64,000 nucleotides of DNA from Octopus vulgaris (taxonomy: Eukaryota), in NCBI GenBank assembly GCA_951406725.2, contig OX597822.1, forward strand, positions 93,496,001 to 93,560,000, given 5' to 3'. The translations under genes were made by a program, and so were the position numbers. How positions within the stretch are numbered: position 1 is the first letter of the stretch; the number at the start of each line of letters is the position of its first letter. Under the pieces are notes generated by a model. It saw nothing but the letters and a program-made list of their open reading frames with translations. It was not told the origin of the DNA and searched no databases. This document shows, piece after piece, positions 13,691-27,009 of this stretch.

Positions 13691-14320
13691 TTAATTGCTG
13701 GTAGGGACACTGTGTTTCTTTTTTGCAACCATAATTTACTGTCAAGTATATTAAAGATTTATAAGTTAATACTGTGTCCTACTTTCGTATTAGCAGTGTG
13801 TTGCTTTCATATTTAAGTGTATCCCTTCACATTTTCCATAAAATTTAGAGAGGGCACTGAATGTTATGACATTTCGTATACGAATATGTCTATGTAAACA
13901 GTGCGATCGAAGATAGAAAAATAATGGGTGTATATGTATATTTCAGGAGTTATTGCTCTTTCTTCAGTACCACATTCAACCCAATAAGTATCCATGAATA
14001 CATTGCTTAAATAAATACAAAGCTTCCGGTGTAACACTATTGGGTAGACCAATTTACATATTAAACACATTCCTAGCAACTAGTACATACATATTAATTG
14101 CTGGTAGGATCGCAGTATTTCGTTTTGCAACCATAATATGTACTATCAAAGTATATTAATGGTTTATAAGTAAATATTGTTTTCTATTAGCGGTGTGTGG
14201 TTTTCGTTTCAAAGTTTATCTCTTCAGATTTTCTATAGAATTTAGAGCCGGCATAGAAAGTTACGACGTTTCGTATACGAATACGTCTGTGTAAATAATG
14301 CGACTGAAGATAGAAAAATA
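13691..14320 (+). repeat. Old direct duplication (~230 bp x2: 13691-13924 and 14094-14320)
   Basis: Both copies start ttaattgctggtagg and end gaagatagaaaaataa; visibly diverged in between. Confidence 0.85.
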
Positions 14321-15069
14321 AGTAATTGATATACGCCGGGCGAAATGCTTATCGGTATTTCGTCAACCGCTACGTTCTGAGTTCAAATTCCGCCGAGGTC
14401 GACTTTGCCTTTCATCCTTTCGGGATCGATTAAATAAGTACCAGTTACGTACTGGAGTCGATATAATCGACTTAATCTGTTTGTCTGTCATTGTTTGTCC
14501 TCTCTGTGTTTAGCCCCTTGTGGGTAGTAAAGAAAGAGATATATATGTATATACACCCATCATGAACCTCGTGCCTGTCCTGTATATATCACGTGATGCG
14601 CAGGACATATTTCCCTGGCATCCATGCGTCATATATAATACACATTCTCAATTTTTCTTCAACAACCAGTGTAACTAGAGACTTATGAAAGGAAACCTTT
14701 AGATTACTTAGACCGCGTAGAACAGGAGTTTATTAAAACAATCGTGGATGTTTAGGACAAACTTATGGAAATGCTTTGGACAACAAGGTTAAGTTTGTTG
14801 TCATTATGTAGAAAAAATAGTTTTTGTTTTGCTTATTATATTTCGTAGTATTTTCCATTAATTTTCTATGATTCTGTGCCAGGTTATTTTTGTAGTACTT
14901 CAGTAGATGTTTTGTAATTTTTTTCATGTTTTATAAGACCATGTGCTACGTTGCATTCGTGGTAAATATAGTCGTTCTATGTCAGATTTTGGGTGAAGTA
15001 TTCTCTTTATTTCCGTGTCAAGTTTAGTTCGTTTGGTGTCCTACCGACATTTGACTTTGCTTATCATGT

Positions 15070-15629
15070 TTCGGGAGCAGCGACTCTCGTGGCTTCTGAT
15101 CTTAACTGATTGGAAGTCTTATCATGTACATTGTCTTGTCTTGGTATAAAAGATGGGCTACAGCAAATATTCTGCTCAATACCACAGATTTGCTTGTCAG
15201 TTGTTTGACCTCAACCAGTTGAGTATGTCCCTTAGGGGCTGACGATATGTGAATCTGTGATCACGAGCAGAAGTAGTGGGGAAGCATCATGGCCATGTGT
15301 TGAGAGGAATTTCTTTGGGGTTTGAATAATTCACCTTTGGAAACATGGGTGTTTCGTTCAACATCCTTAAACAACCATTATACTGGAACCTTTTGAACGG
15401 TATAGGTTACTCGACCAGAAGAAAATTCTAACTGGGCCCCACCTGCAAGGTCATGTGCTGTTTATCTTGATATGAGATCACCATGTCGCGCACATATGGT
15501 TGTGATGCATGTGCCTAGTGTACCCTTATCAGACGGGAAGTCATGATGAGTATACTAGGCTTCGTATATTTTACCCCAGTGTCACTTTGATGGTATGCAC
15601 TGCTCTCTCACTCAATGATAATAATAATA

Positions 15630-15630
<1 letters not shown>
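15070..15630 (+). mobile_element. Dispersed repeat with (AAT)n tail, probable non-LTR 3' end
   Basis: Ends ctctctcactcaatgataataataataa; a diverged inverted copy lies at ~42695-42825. Confidence 0.55.
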
Positions 15631-15679
<49 letters not shown>

Positions 15680-16528
15680 AATAATAGCTACAACAACAAC
15701 ACATAGAATGCTCAGTAGAGTTCCTACAGAAAGTTTGTCTGCGAGGGACAGCAAGGATTATCAGGAGGGTTTAAGCACTTGAAAGACTGCTGAAAACTTG
15801 TGGATACCTAATGTTACAGGTCGTAACCCATTATCCACATAACACTTTCCATCATACCCAACAAAATAAGCTGAGAGTTTTCATAAAAAAATAATGATAG
15901 CTTCAAATTTTGGCACAAGACTAGCATTTTGAGGGGAGGGTAAGTCAATTATATCGATCCCAGTGCTCAACTACTATTTATGTTATCAACCCCAAAGAAA
16001 CGAAAGGCAAAGTCGATCTTGGTGAAATTTGATTTCAAAACGTAAAGACGAACTAATTGCTGCTCAGCGTCACCACCACTATCACCACCACCATTACCGA
16101 CTACAACAACAACACCACCAACAACAACTACATCATCATCATAATCATCATCATTTCAACAGTATCATAAACACTTCGCCAGTTGCGCCTCTGTGCTTCT
16201 GAAATTTGTGTAGAATTGCATTTGATCTGGTCTATCAGTTTTGCTTGGTTGAAAAATTGGTTTTATGGTTTCTGATATTTTAGTTGTGTATATTATATAA
16301 TATATATTGCGTAAGTTGTGTTATTTTGTGTGGTGTGACTGTGTGTTGTATGTACTGTGTGGGTTGAAACTGTCTAGAATGTGAATTGCAGGTAATATAG
16401 TATCGGATGTCCGTTATGTATGATAGTTATTTCATTGAGTGATTATTGTGCAAAGTATATGTTGTATGAAATTTTTGTGTCTTTTTAAAATACATATAAA
16501 TAATATCAGGTCAAAATAATTTATTTCC

Positions 16529-16697
16529 GTTTGACGCGATTGACTGCGGGAGACTCTAGTTTGACGCGATTGACTGCTAGAGACTCTAGTTTGACGCGAT
16601 TTACTGCGAGAGACTCTAGTTTGACGCGATTGACTGCGAGAGACTCTAGTTTGACGCGATTGACTGCGAGAGACTCTAGTTTGACGCGAGTGACTGC
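16529..16697. repeat. 30-bp minisatellite gtttgacgcgattgactgcgagagactcta x5.6
   Basis: Near-perfect head-to-tail units with no spacers. Confidence 0.95.
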
Positions 16698-16847
16698 TTA
16701 TTTCAGCACCGTCCTTCGACTTACTATAAGCGAATATGTGACGCACCACCACTTAACATTTCGCATGATCCAATATTTAGCAAGTGGTTTCAGCCAAACA
16801 CGGATGTGTCTATTTGTGCTTCATTATATATCTCTGTAGATAATAGT

Positions 16848-17430
16848 AGCTATCTAATATTTCCCTGGTGATTCTGGTCATGCTGTGGAGGCAAACATTT
16901 CGTAACAGTTCTACTGGGTACTCTGTTTCTATTTCTTTTATATTACACTTGATGCCTTCTGTTACTGTCCCCAAGGACCCAACAATAATTGGCACTATCT
17001 TCACCTTCTTCATTATCTACTGTCGAGCTATCTCTTCAAGAAGATTATGTCTATTTTTATATATCTAATTTTTCGCCTTCTTTCTTGTCTATTCGTGGGT
17101 CAAAGGGACACGCAACATCAATTATTGAGTCTCTAGATCCTTGCATTTTCAGAATTTCTCCAGTTCTTTGTGAATGATATTTTGGTAAGAAGGGATCGAG
17201 ATGTCTCTCTGAACTGAGAGATTTTCATTTCTGTCCTTGATAAATGTATTAATTAATCTTTATATTCCGATTTATAGTTGTATTTTCTTTGTGTTCACAC
17301 ATAGACATGAACACGGACAAGCATATTGATTTCTCTGATCATGTGAGCGTTTACTCATACCTGTTTATGTTTGTGTGTGAATTATGGGACTAACATATCA
17401 CACAGATAGAATGACTAACACCCAAGCATC

Positions 17431-17474
<44 letters not shown>

Positions 17475-18480
17475 CAAGTAAAGCTGTTCCCTAATGCTAC
17501 AAGTGCAGTGGCTGTCTTTATTGCATGTATGGAAATGCCTGCAAATTTTGACAATGTCTTTTAAATTATTTTTAGTTTATCGTTTTATCATTTACACACA
17601 TAAACAGTATATATACGGTTTTGTTTATTTACATACTTTACGTTTCAATGCCTATTATTATTGTTATTGTTGTTGTGATTGTAGCTAACAAGTAGTTTAT
17701 TATTCTATTGCTTTATTTATCTCCTTTACTCATTTGTTGTTGTTATTCTTTTAACTCAGGTTTTGTTGGAAAATGCATTCGTGGCGGGTTTGCAACCTGC
17801 AGCTCACGGTACCATGCTACCTGTTCTTTACAACTATCTAATACTTTCCTGGTGATTCTGGCCATGCCATGGAGGCAAACATCTCGTAGCAGCGGTACTG
17901 AGTACTCTGTTTTCATTTCCTTTATATTACTTTTGATGCCTTCTATTACTGTCCCCAAGGACCCAACAATATTTGGCACTCTCTTCACCTTCTTCATTCT
18001 CTACTGACGAGTTATCTCTTATTCAAGAGGATTATGTTTATTTTTATATGTCTACTTTTTCGCCTTCTTTTTTGTCTATTCGTGGGTCAAAGGAGCACGC
18101 CACATCAATTATTGAGTATCTGTCAACTCCCTAGATCAGTGGTTTTCAACCAGGGTTCCGCGAAACCTTAGGGTTCCGCTAGTACAGTCCAGGGGTTCCG
18201 CAAGAAGTTACAAAACTGCTAAAATCGGCAGTAATTTTTAAGTCTTCTGTGAAGATATGCGTGCATAAGACTATTAAATTATTGCACAGGGGTTCCTCGA
18301 GCCAGTGGAATGTTTCCTTGGGGTTCCGCTCCAGCAAAAATGCTGAAAAGCACTGCCCTGGATGCTTGCATTTTCAGTATTTCTTCACCTCTTTGTGAAT
18401 GATATTTTGATAAGAAGGGATCGAGATGCCTCTCTGAGCTGAGAGATTATCATTTCTGTCCTAGATAAATGTATTCATTG
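16848..18480 (-). mobile_element. Two tandem copies of an R4/Dong-type LINE 3' fragment (16848-17250 and 17830-18480)
   Basis: IIDVACPFDPRIDKKEGEKL...MKKVKIVPIIVGSLGTV...VCLHSMTRITREILD, the RLE endonuclease tail. A further + strand piece is at ~15705-15780 (VEFLQKVCLRGTARIIRRV). Confidence 0.8.
18137..18355. mobile_element. hAT-type MITE (219 bp) with 8-bp TSD
   Basis: TIRs cagtggttttcaac / gctgaaaagcactg; TSD ccctagat / ccctggat; empty site (ctctagat) in the paralogous copy near 17131. Confidence 0.88.
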
Positions 18481-18779
18481 TACTCACATCAAATCACTTC
18501 CAGACAAGTATCTATTCTCATTATTTTGATTTTATTGTTATTTAAGACTCGGGGTTGATTCTGTGCACTTACAATCCGTTTTTGTGTGTATATGTTTATG
18601 TGTGCGTATATGTGTTTGTGTATGTGTGTGTGTTTGTGTATGTATGTGTATATATATATATATATCATACACAATATATACACATATATTTCATCGCGTT
18701 GAACAATTAATCTCTACTTATTTTTTTCTCTCGTTTTTTTTTTTTCTTTTCATTCTCTGCTCATTTTTTTCCTCTTAAT

Positions 18780-18904
18780 ACTTTCTGTCGAAGAGCGTAG
18801 GCTCAAAACGTAAAAGTCTTTGCCATTCTTCCCGAGCCTGAAACTAATACACCTGTTTGTTGTTCCTACACCTGTCTTCGTCTTTTGTTTTCTGTAAATT
18901 TTAA

Positions 18905-18906
<2 letters not shown>
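18780..18906 (+). mobile_element. Penelope-type pLTR fragment with degenerate hammerhead geometry
   Basis: acttt CTGTCGA a gagc-gtag-gctc AAAA cg ta aaagt; the downstream tail recurs inverted at ~55250-55315. Confidence 0.55.
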
Positions 18907-18941
<35 letters not shown>

Positions 18942-18969
18942 TACACACACACACACACACGCGCGCGCT

Positions 18970-19011
<42 letters not shown>

Positions 19012-19154
19012 AATGACAGGATTTCACACACTTTCCATGTATCAAATTCATTTGCAAATTATTGGTCTGCTTGATTTTATAAGCTGAATATTTGACCAAA
19101 GCACTGTGTACAGGGCCTGAGCTCGAAACTACCTGGTTGCAGGTGAACTTCTGA

Positions 19155-19187
<33 letters not shown>

Positions 19188-19343
19188 TGTATGTATGTAT
19201 CTATCTATATATGTGTATACATATATATATACACAAACATACATACATAGATGTGTGTGTATATATCTATGTGTATACACATATATATGTATACACACAC
19301 ACATATATATGTGTGTGTGTATATATATATATGTATGTATATA

Positions 19344-19403
<60 letters not shown>

Positions 19404-19471
19404 TGTATATTCCAAACTTACAGGGAAAAAATTCAATTTAGAAATACTAAATCAAATTTCACAAAAGATTA

Positions 19472-19540
<69 letters not shown>

Positions 19541-19548
<8 letters not shown>

Positions 19549-19724
19549 TAGAAAAAAACCCCACCTTTTATCAATTCAATAATGAAAAATTAAATTGTAC
19601 TTAATCATTGTTATATGTTTTATCTTATATTTAATCTTTCTATAAGATGTAATTTTTCTAAATGGTATAATTTAATTTTTCATTATTGAATTGATAAAAG
19701 GTGGGTTTTTTTCTAATTTATATA
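19541..19724. repeat. AT-rich inverted repeat (~60-bp arms) within (TA)n
   Basis: Arms 19541-19600 and 19665-19724. Confidence 0.85.
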
Positions 19725-20126
19725 TATATATAGACAATATGTAGACAATAAAAGAGTCAAAAAGAAGAGTAAGTAAATCTAGATTTCCATACTACAACAT
19801 CCATGGCTTCTTCTTTGAAACTAACAAACGTTGACGGTTTCAATTCGCTCGATATGAGTGTGTTATCACGTTCGACATGAGCTGCAATGTGCACGTTGTC
19901 TGTATATTTATTCAGTTTCAACATGTTCTTCTGTACATGCCAAACTGCACTATTTCGTAAAATACATTCATCCATTGGCTCATACTTATACAATCACTTA
20001 CACACCGATATACCATACATCACTGAGTGTTTCCATACATACACACATACGCACACACTTACACTCACACGCAGACACGTACACACATACATGCTTATAT
20101 ATAAAAATATATATATTTTTTTTTTT

Positions 20127-20527
20127 CCTTTTACTTGTTTCAGTCATTTGACTGCGGCCATGCTGGAGCACCACCTTTAGTCGAGCAAATCGACCCCGGG
20201 ACTTATTCTTTGTAAGCCCAGTACTTATTCTATCGGTCTCTTTTGCCGAACCGCTAAGTGACGGCGACGTAAACACACCAGCATCGGTTGTCAAGCAATG
20301 CTAGGGGGACAAACACAAACACACAGACATACACACACACATACATATATATATACATATTTACGACGGGCTTCTTTCAGTTTCCGTCTACCAAATCCAC
20401 TCACAAGGCTTTGGTCGGCCCGAGGCTATAGTAGAAGACACTTGACCAAGATGCCATGCAGTGGGACTGAACCCGGATCCATGTGGCTGGTAAGCAAGCT
20501 ACTTACCACACAGCCACACCTGCGCCT
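20127..20527 (-). mobile_element. SINE family A, full length
   Basis: Colinear with 5416-5878. Further copies at ~21170(+), 35990(-), 45260(+), 49790(+), 51953(+), 56395(-), 60112(-), 63767(+). Confidence 0.9.
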
Positions 20528-20821
20528 ATGTACATATATTCAGATGCACACATAAATACATATACTCACCTACATATCAATAAACACATCCACATTTATA
20601 CATAGACGCTTATACATTTATCTACTTATTTACATGTACATATTTATATCGTTGAACGCTCCACCAGAAATGCACACTCCCATACATACGTGAAGGCGGT
20701 AAAAAATGGGTTTAGAGAGAGAGAATAATAATAATTATAATTTATACCGGCTATTTGGGAATTCTAAGGGTGAATGAGCACTATTTGTACTCTTATACGT
20801 TCTTAACAGAACACACCTCAA

Positions 20822-20861
<40 letters not shown>

Positions 20862-20908
20862 CATGCACATGTATATATTCATATCTATACATATGTATTC
20901 ATTTATAT

Positions 20909-20993
<85 letters not shown>

Positions 20994-21002
20994 ATACTCA
21001 TA

Positions 21003-21056
<54 letters not shown>

Positions 21057-21296
21057 TATATGCATATATATAAAATATATTTCATATGTATATATATATA
21101 GTGGAGAAAGCTTATTAATTAGGTTTGTAACAATTACATATATATATATATATATATATGTATACTTGTATCTATGTGGTAAGATATTGCTTTCCAACTA
21201 CATGGTGTTTTTCCTTATATGCTCGGGCCGACCAAAGCCTTGTGACAGAATTTGGTAGACGAAAACTGAAAGAAGTCTGTCGTACACACACACACG

Positions 21297-21328
<32 letters not shown>

Positions 21329-21716
21329 CATACAGACATACACGCACACATATATTTGTTCTCTTACCATTTTTATCAATATATATATATATATATATAT
21401 ATCCTATGTGTGTGTCTTCGTGTCTGTGCTTGTCCCCGCATCACCGCTTGACAACAGGTGTTGGTGTGTTTACGTCCCCGTAACTTAGTGGTTCGGTACA
21501 AGAGTTCGATAGAATAAATACTAGACTTAAAACTGGGGTTTATTTGTTCGACCAAAATCCTTCGAGGTGGTGCATCGCCATGGCCGCATTCAAGTGACTG
21601 AAACAAGTAAGAGTAAAAGATTATATTTATAGACCCCTATAAATACGCGTGTGTTTATATATGATAAGTATATATTTGTGAAAATATTCACACACTCACA
21701 GACACACACACACACA

Positions 21717-21774
<58 letters not shown>

Positions 21775-22045
21775 TCTATTCTATCCCTATTTATTTACAT
21801 TGATATATATTCATATTCATATCATATATACACATTTTAAAAGTGCAAAAATAATTTGAAAATCAGATTATTTGGGAATTTGATTAATATACTTATCTTT
21901 TCACAATTTTATGAAGACAATATAGTATGCCATACATGCATGCATGCGCACATACATACATGCATACATACATGCATGTATGCATACATACATACATATA
22001 TACATACATACATACATATATGAATAAATGTGTGTGTGTGTGGCG

Positions 22046-22076
<31 letters not shown>

Positions 22077-22143
22077 AATATATATATATATACGATATAT
22101 ATATATAATATATACACATGCATAATATATATATATGTATATG

Positions 22144-22214
<71 letters not shown>

Positions 22215-22218
22215 GCAT

Positions 22219-22249
<31 letters not shown>

Positions 22250-22282
22250 TGCATAATATATATATGTATATATACGTATATA

Positions 22283-22322
<40 letters not shown>

Positions 22323-23054
22323 CATATGCATTTGTATGTATATATATATGAATGTGTGAGTGTGCATGTATATAAATGAATATATATATATATATATATA
22401 TATCGTCTGTAAAAACAAATCCGAAAGAAGAAGCACACTCTAGAATGTAGAGCAGTATATATTAAAAATAGGGAAGGTCGGTTTATGAGATTACTTAGAC
22501 CTAAGGTAATCCCATAAAGTGGCCTTACCCATATTCAATATTATACGTACATGTGTGTGTTTGTGTGAGTGTGTGCGCGCGCATGTGTGCAATTATTTGT
22601 GCATATAGATAATATATATGTGTGAGTGTACACAGGTAGAGAGATAGATAGAGAATGAGAGAGAGAATGAGAGAAAGAGAGAGAGAGAGACAGAGAAGGG
22701 AGCTGCATCGACTTCTGTCTATATTTTCTATTTACATTTATATACCTACATGTGTTTTAAGTCATAATGTTCACAGACTATAAATACTGTGTAAGAAAGT
22801 AAATAACTTTAAATTATACCTGAATTTCCGCATTACAACACACACTCACACACGCACACACATATATATATGTTCACATGCACCCGTTCCCTTCTGTCTG
22901 AATATATATATATATATAGTTAAAAGTGTAAATTTAGTTGGAAAATGCACAGAAGAAAGGGAATGTTTAATAAAACATAACCGGTTTCAACGTATCCATC
23001 TCAGCAAATGTTAGAATATTTTGGGTGTTAGCGAGAAAGAATATTTTGTGGGGG

Positions 23055-23527
23055 TTTAACGAATCGATCCCAGGACTTATTCTTTGTAAACCTACTACTT
23101 ATTCTATACGTTTTTTTTGCCGAACTGCTAAGTTACGAGGATGTAAACACACCAACATCGATTGTCAAGCGATGTTTGGGAACAATGACAGACACACAAA
23201 CACACACACACATGTATATACATATATATATATATATATACATACGACGAGCTTCTTTCAGTTTCCGCCAAACAAATCCACTCAGAAGACTTTGCTCGGC
23301 CCGAGGGTATAGTAGAAGACAATTGCCCATGGTGCCACGCAGTGGGACTGAACCTGGGACCATGTGTAAGCTAGCTACTTACTATATATATAGCGCAGGA
23401 ATGGCAGTGTGGTAAGGAGCTTGCTTCCCAATCACATGCGTGGCACCTTGAGTAAGTGTCTACTATACCCTCAGGCCGACCAAAACCTTGTGAGTGGATT
23501 TGGTAGACGGAAACTGAAAGAAGCCCG

Positions 23528-23580
<53 letters not shown>

Positions 23581-23775
23581 CTTGTCCCTCCATCACCGCT
23601 CGTCAACCGGTGTTGGTGTGTTTACGTCTCCGTAAAGTAGCGGTTCGGCAAAATAACTAATAGAAAAAGTACCAGGCTTTAAAAAAGTACTGGGGTCGAT
23701 TCGTTCGACTGAAAACTCAGAGCGATGCCCCAGCTTAGCCGCTGTCTAATGACTACAAACGGGTATAATATAAAA
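23055..23775. mobile_element. Head-to-head pair of SINE family A copies (23055-23385 -, 23392-23775 +)
   Basis: Adjacent inverted copies separated by a few TA. Confidence 0.8.
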
Positions 23776-23779
23776 GCTA

Positions 23780-23852
<73 letters not shown>

Positions 23853-24237
23853 TGTGTTTAGCAAAAAGGAGCCCCGTCGGTATACAAAAGTTTGTGTCCC
23901 CCCTTCTCGCTCTTTCACTATCTTCTATGCGTCTCTCTTCCTCCCTTTCAACACACACAGACATATATGAACGTGTGTGTTCTTTAAAGCAGTCACGTTT
24001 ATGGTTTCTGCGTTGAATAGTAGCTGCAATAAATATATATCAGTATGATTTAGTTTATTAATAAGAATCACAGATGGAAGTTTTCTGTTTTAAATGTTAT
24101 TTGAGGGGAAACAGAACGAAAATAAAGGATGAAAAGAGTATCAAAGTATTCTGGCGAGTGGGTGTAAACAGCGATCGGCCGAGCGGTTGCTTATACTAGC
24201 CTATATAAGTATATATGTGTGTGTGCGTTTGTGTTTT

Positions 24238-24338
<101 letters not shown>

Positions 24339-27009
24339 ATGTATATATACATACACACACACACACATATATATGAATATGTGTGTGTATGTATGTATAT
24401 GTATATATATATATTTATATAATATATATGTATGTATATATATATGTATATGTATGTATCTATGTATGTATAGATATAGATATATATATATATACATAAT
24501 ATATATGTATGTATATGTATGTGTGTGTGCACGTGCGTGCGTGTATGTGCTGCCGACCCAGGAAGCAAGCAATTTTAGTGTTTTGTACTAGAAATGACTT
24601 AGAAATGCGGTCGTCTGTTTTCTTCATTTTAGTTTTTATAACTTTTTAAGCTTTTCATTGGAGGCGATTGGTTGGGGTTTTTTTTCTACCCCTTTGAGGT
24701 TTTCGCTATTTGAACCCGTCTTTTTTTCCTTTTTGTTTTATTTACACCCTAATTCCCAACCCTTCTGCTACCTCCCTCTCCTGTTGACTCGGAAATGTCT
24801 GAACGTGAAATGATTTCACTCCAACACAAGATCTCTGTTCAATTCCCGTAAATAGTTGTTGATGTAGCTGTTTTATTTCTTCTTTCTTCCTGTAATTAAG
24901 AAGAATATATCGTTTTAATAATTTTTCATTATTTTTATGTTTGTTTAGGTGTTATTTTTTTCTGTAGATATTTTTAATGTATTTCACATTGCTGTTTTAT
25001 TACACTAAATTTATAACATTTTTACACGTTAATCCGACCGATTCCACAAAGTCCTAGATAAGCAGGATTTGTAAGTTTATCTTTCTTCAAGGTGGTGAGC
25101 TGGTAGAATCGTTAGCGCGCTGGACAAAATAGCGGTATTTCTTCCGGCTCTTTACGTTCGGTGTTCAAAACCTGCTGAGGTCAACTTTGTTTTTCATCTT
25201 ATCAGGGTTGATAAAATAAAGTACCATGCAAGTAATCGACTTGTTCTTCCCCATAAAACCGCTGGCTTTATGCCCAAATTTGAGAGAAATTTTAAAATTC
25301 ATAGCAGCTAGAACCAGTAGTTATTTCTTTACTACCCACAAGGGGCTAAACACAGAGGGGACAAACAAGGACAGACAAACGGATTAAGTCGATTACATCA
25401 ACTCCAGTGCGTAAATGGTACTTAATTTATCGACCCCGAAAGGATGAAAGGCAAAGTCGACCTCGGCGGAATTTGAACTCAGTACGTAACGGCAGACGAA
25501 ATACGGCTACGCATTTCGCCCGGCGTGCTAACGTTTCTGCCAGCTCGCCGCCTTTACAGCTAGAATCAGTAGTGATGCATTCTCAGTAGAAATCCCGCCG
25601 AGCGACATTGCCTTTCATCCTTTCAGTGTCGATAAAATAAAGTGCTAGTCAAGTATAAGGGTGAATGTAATTGAATTGCTCTTTCTTCCAAAAACTGCTG
25701 GTCTTGGGCCAAAATTAGAAACGAATTATTGAAATGCACTACAGAGGCATGAGCATAATTTTGTTACGTCCTTTTGCCATCTGAGTTTAAGACCCACCGA
25801 TGCCATCATCTATCAATGATGGTGATTTAAAAACTAAGGGTGATTTAAACGATTGTATACTCCGTTCTCAACTGTGTCCTTGTGCTTATGTTTGGAATCT
25901 TAATTTTAAATACGAGTGACGGTTTACAATAAGATGTATGTAACAACATCTTTCAGTTCAAATCCTGCCGAAATTGTTTTGCCTTTCATTATTCTGGCTC
26001 TGATAAAATATAAAATTCTTTAATAAAGTCTGTAAATTCCCTACAAATATTTGGCTTCATGCCTATGTAAGCATCAAACCCAAACATAAATTCGCGTACA
26101 CCCATATTCCAAGTATGCGTATTTAAACACACGTTCACCGGCACATACACTAATATAGTTGCAGATACTAACTCAGGCAAACGCACACGCGCGTGCGCTC
26201 GCCCCTTCTTACCCTACTCGCATGTTCACTCCTTCGTTATGCACTTTTGTTATTTAATTAATATATTTTGTAGGGCAATTATTGGAACATAGTGTCGTTA
26301 ATTATAAGTTTCCGACGGTCATAGTGTCAAGGAAGTGACTGGATATCTCCATGCAGAAGAAATATCAAAGGGGACTTCGTTCGAATTCACCAGTTTTTCG
26401 GTTTCCTCGTCTATGTTTTTACATGTGGAAGATTTGTATTTAATTGGGTGCTCAAGGTATCTTTTTGACTCATCGCTTTTTATGTTATTGTGTTAAACTC
26501 ATAAACACGAAACCACACAGATATATTTATAGGTGTAAAGAATTATATTCCGGTTATACTCCACTTTTTTTGTGTAAAAGATGCTGAGAAGTGCTTTATT
26601 ATATAACAGGTGAATGTATTGTTGATTTGAAGATGAAGTGGAGAATCGAGGATACAGTTTTAGCTAACAAGTTAATAATATTATTGTGGTAATTAGATAA
26701 ATTGTGAATATATTGTTTTCATTGGGTATTTTGTAAGAGTTGCCACGGTAACATATTTAATGTTATGAGCATTAATCACTCTTCAACTGTAATTGTGAAG
26801 GCATATGGCTTAGGGCATTGCACGCACGATCGCGAGATCGTGGGTTCAGTTCACGGAACAGGGGGCGTATTGTGTTCTTGAGCAAAGCACTTCAATTCCC
26901 GTTGATTTAGGGACCAGAATAGATCAAACGTTTCTTCTGCGTCCCGTGAAAGGCGACTAAAAGAGGTTTCGGTAGGATTTGCACTCCGACCTCGTAGAAC
27001 CATCAGTTT

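Noticed and set aside
16529-16697. CRISPR-like 30-bp repeat / SQSRQTRVSR repeat protein
   Set aside because: There are no spacers and the context is eukaryotic; the ORFs on both strands are a by-product of the 30-bp period.
24605-24672. ATG-MRSSVFFILVFITF as Wnt4 signal-peptide exon 1
   Set aside because: In-frame TAA after 14 codons; it would need a frameshift and a weak donor (gttggg). T-rich DNA gives hydrophobic peptides by chance.
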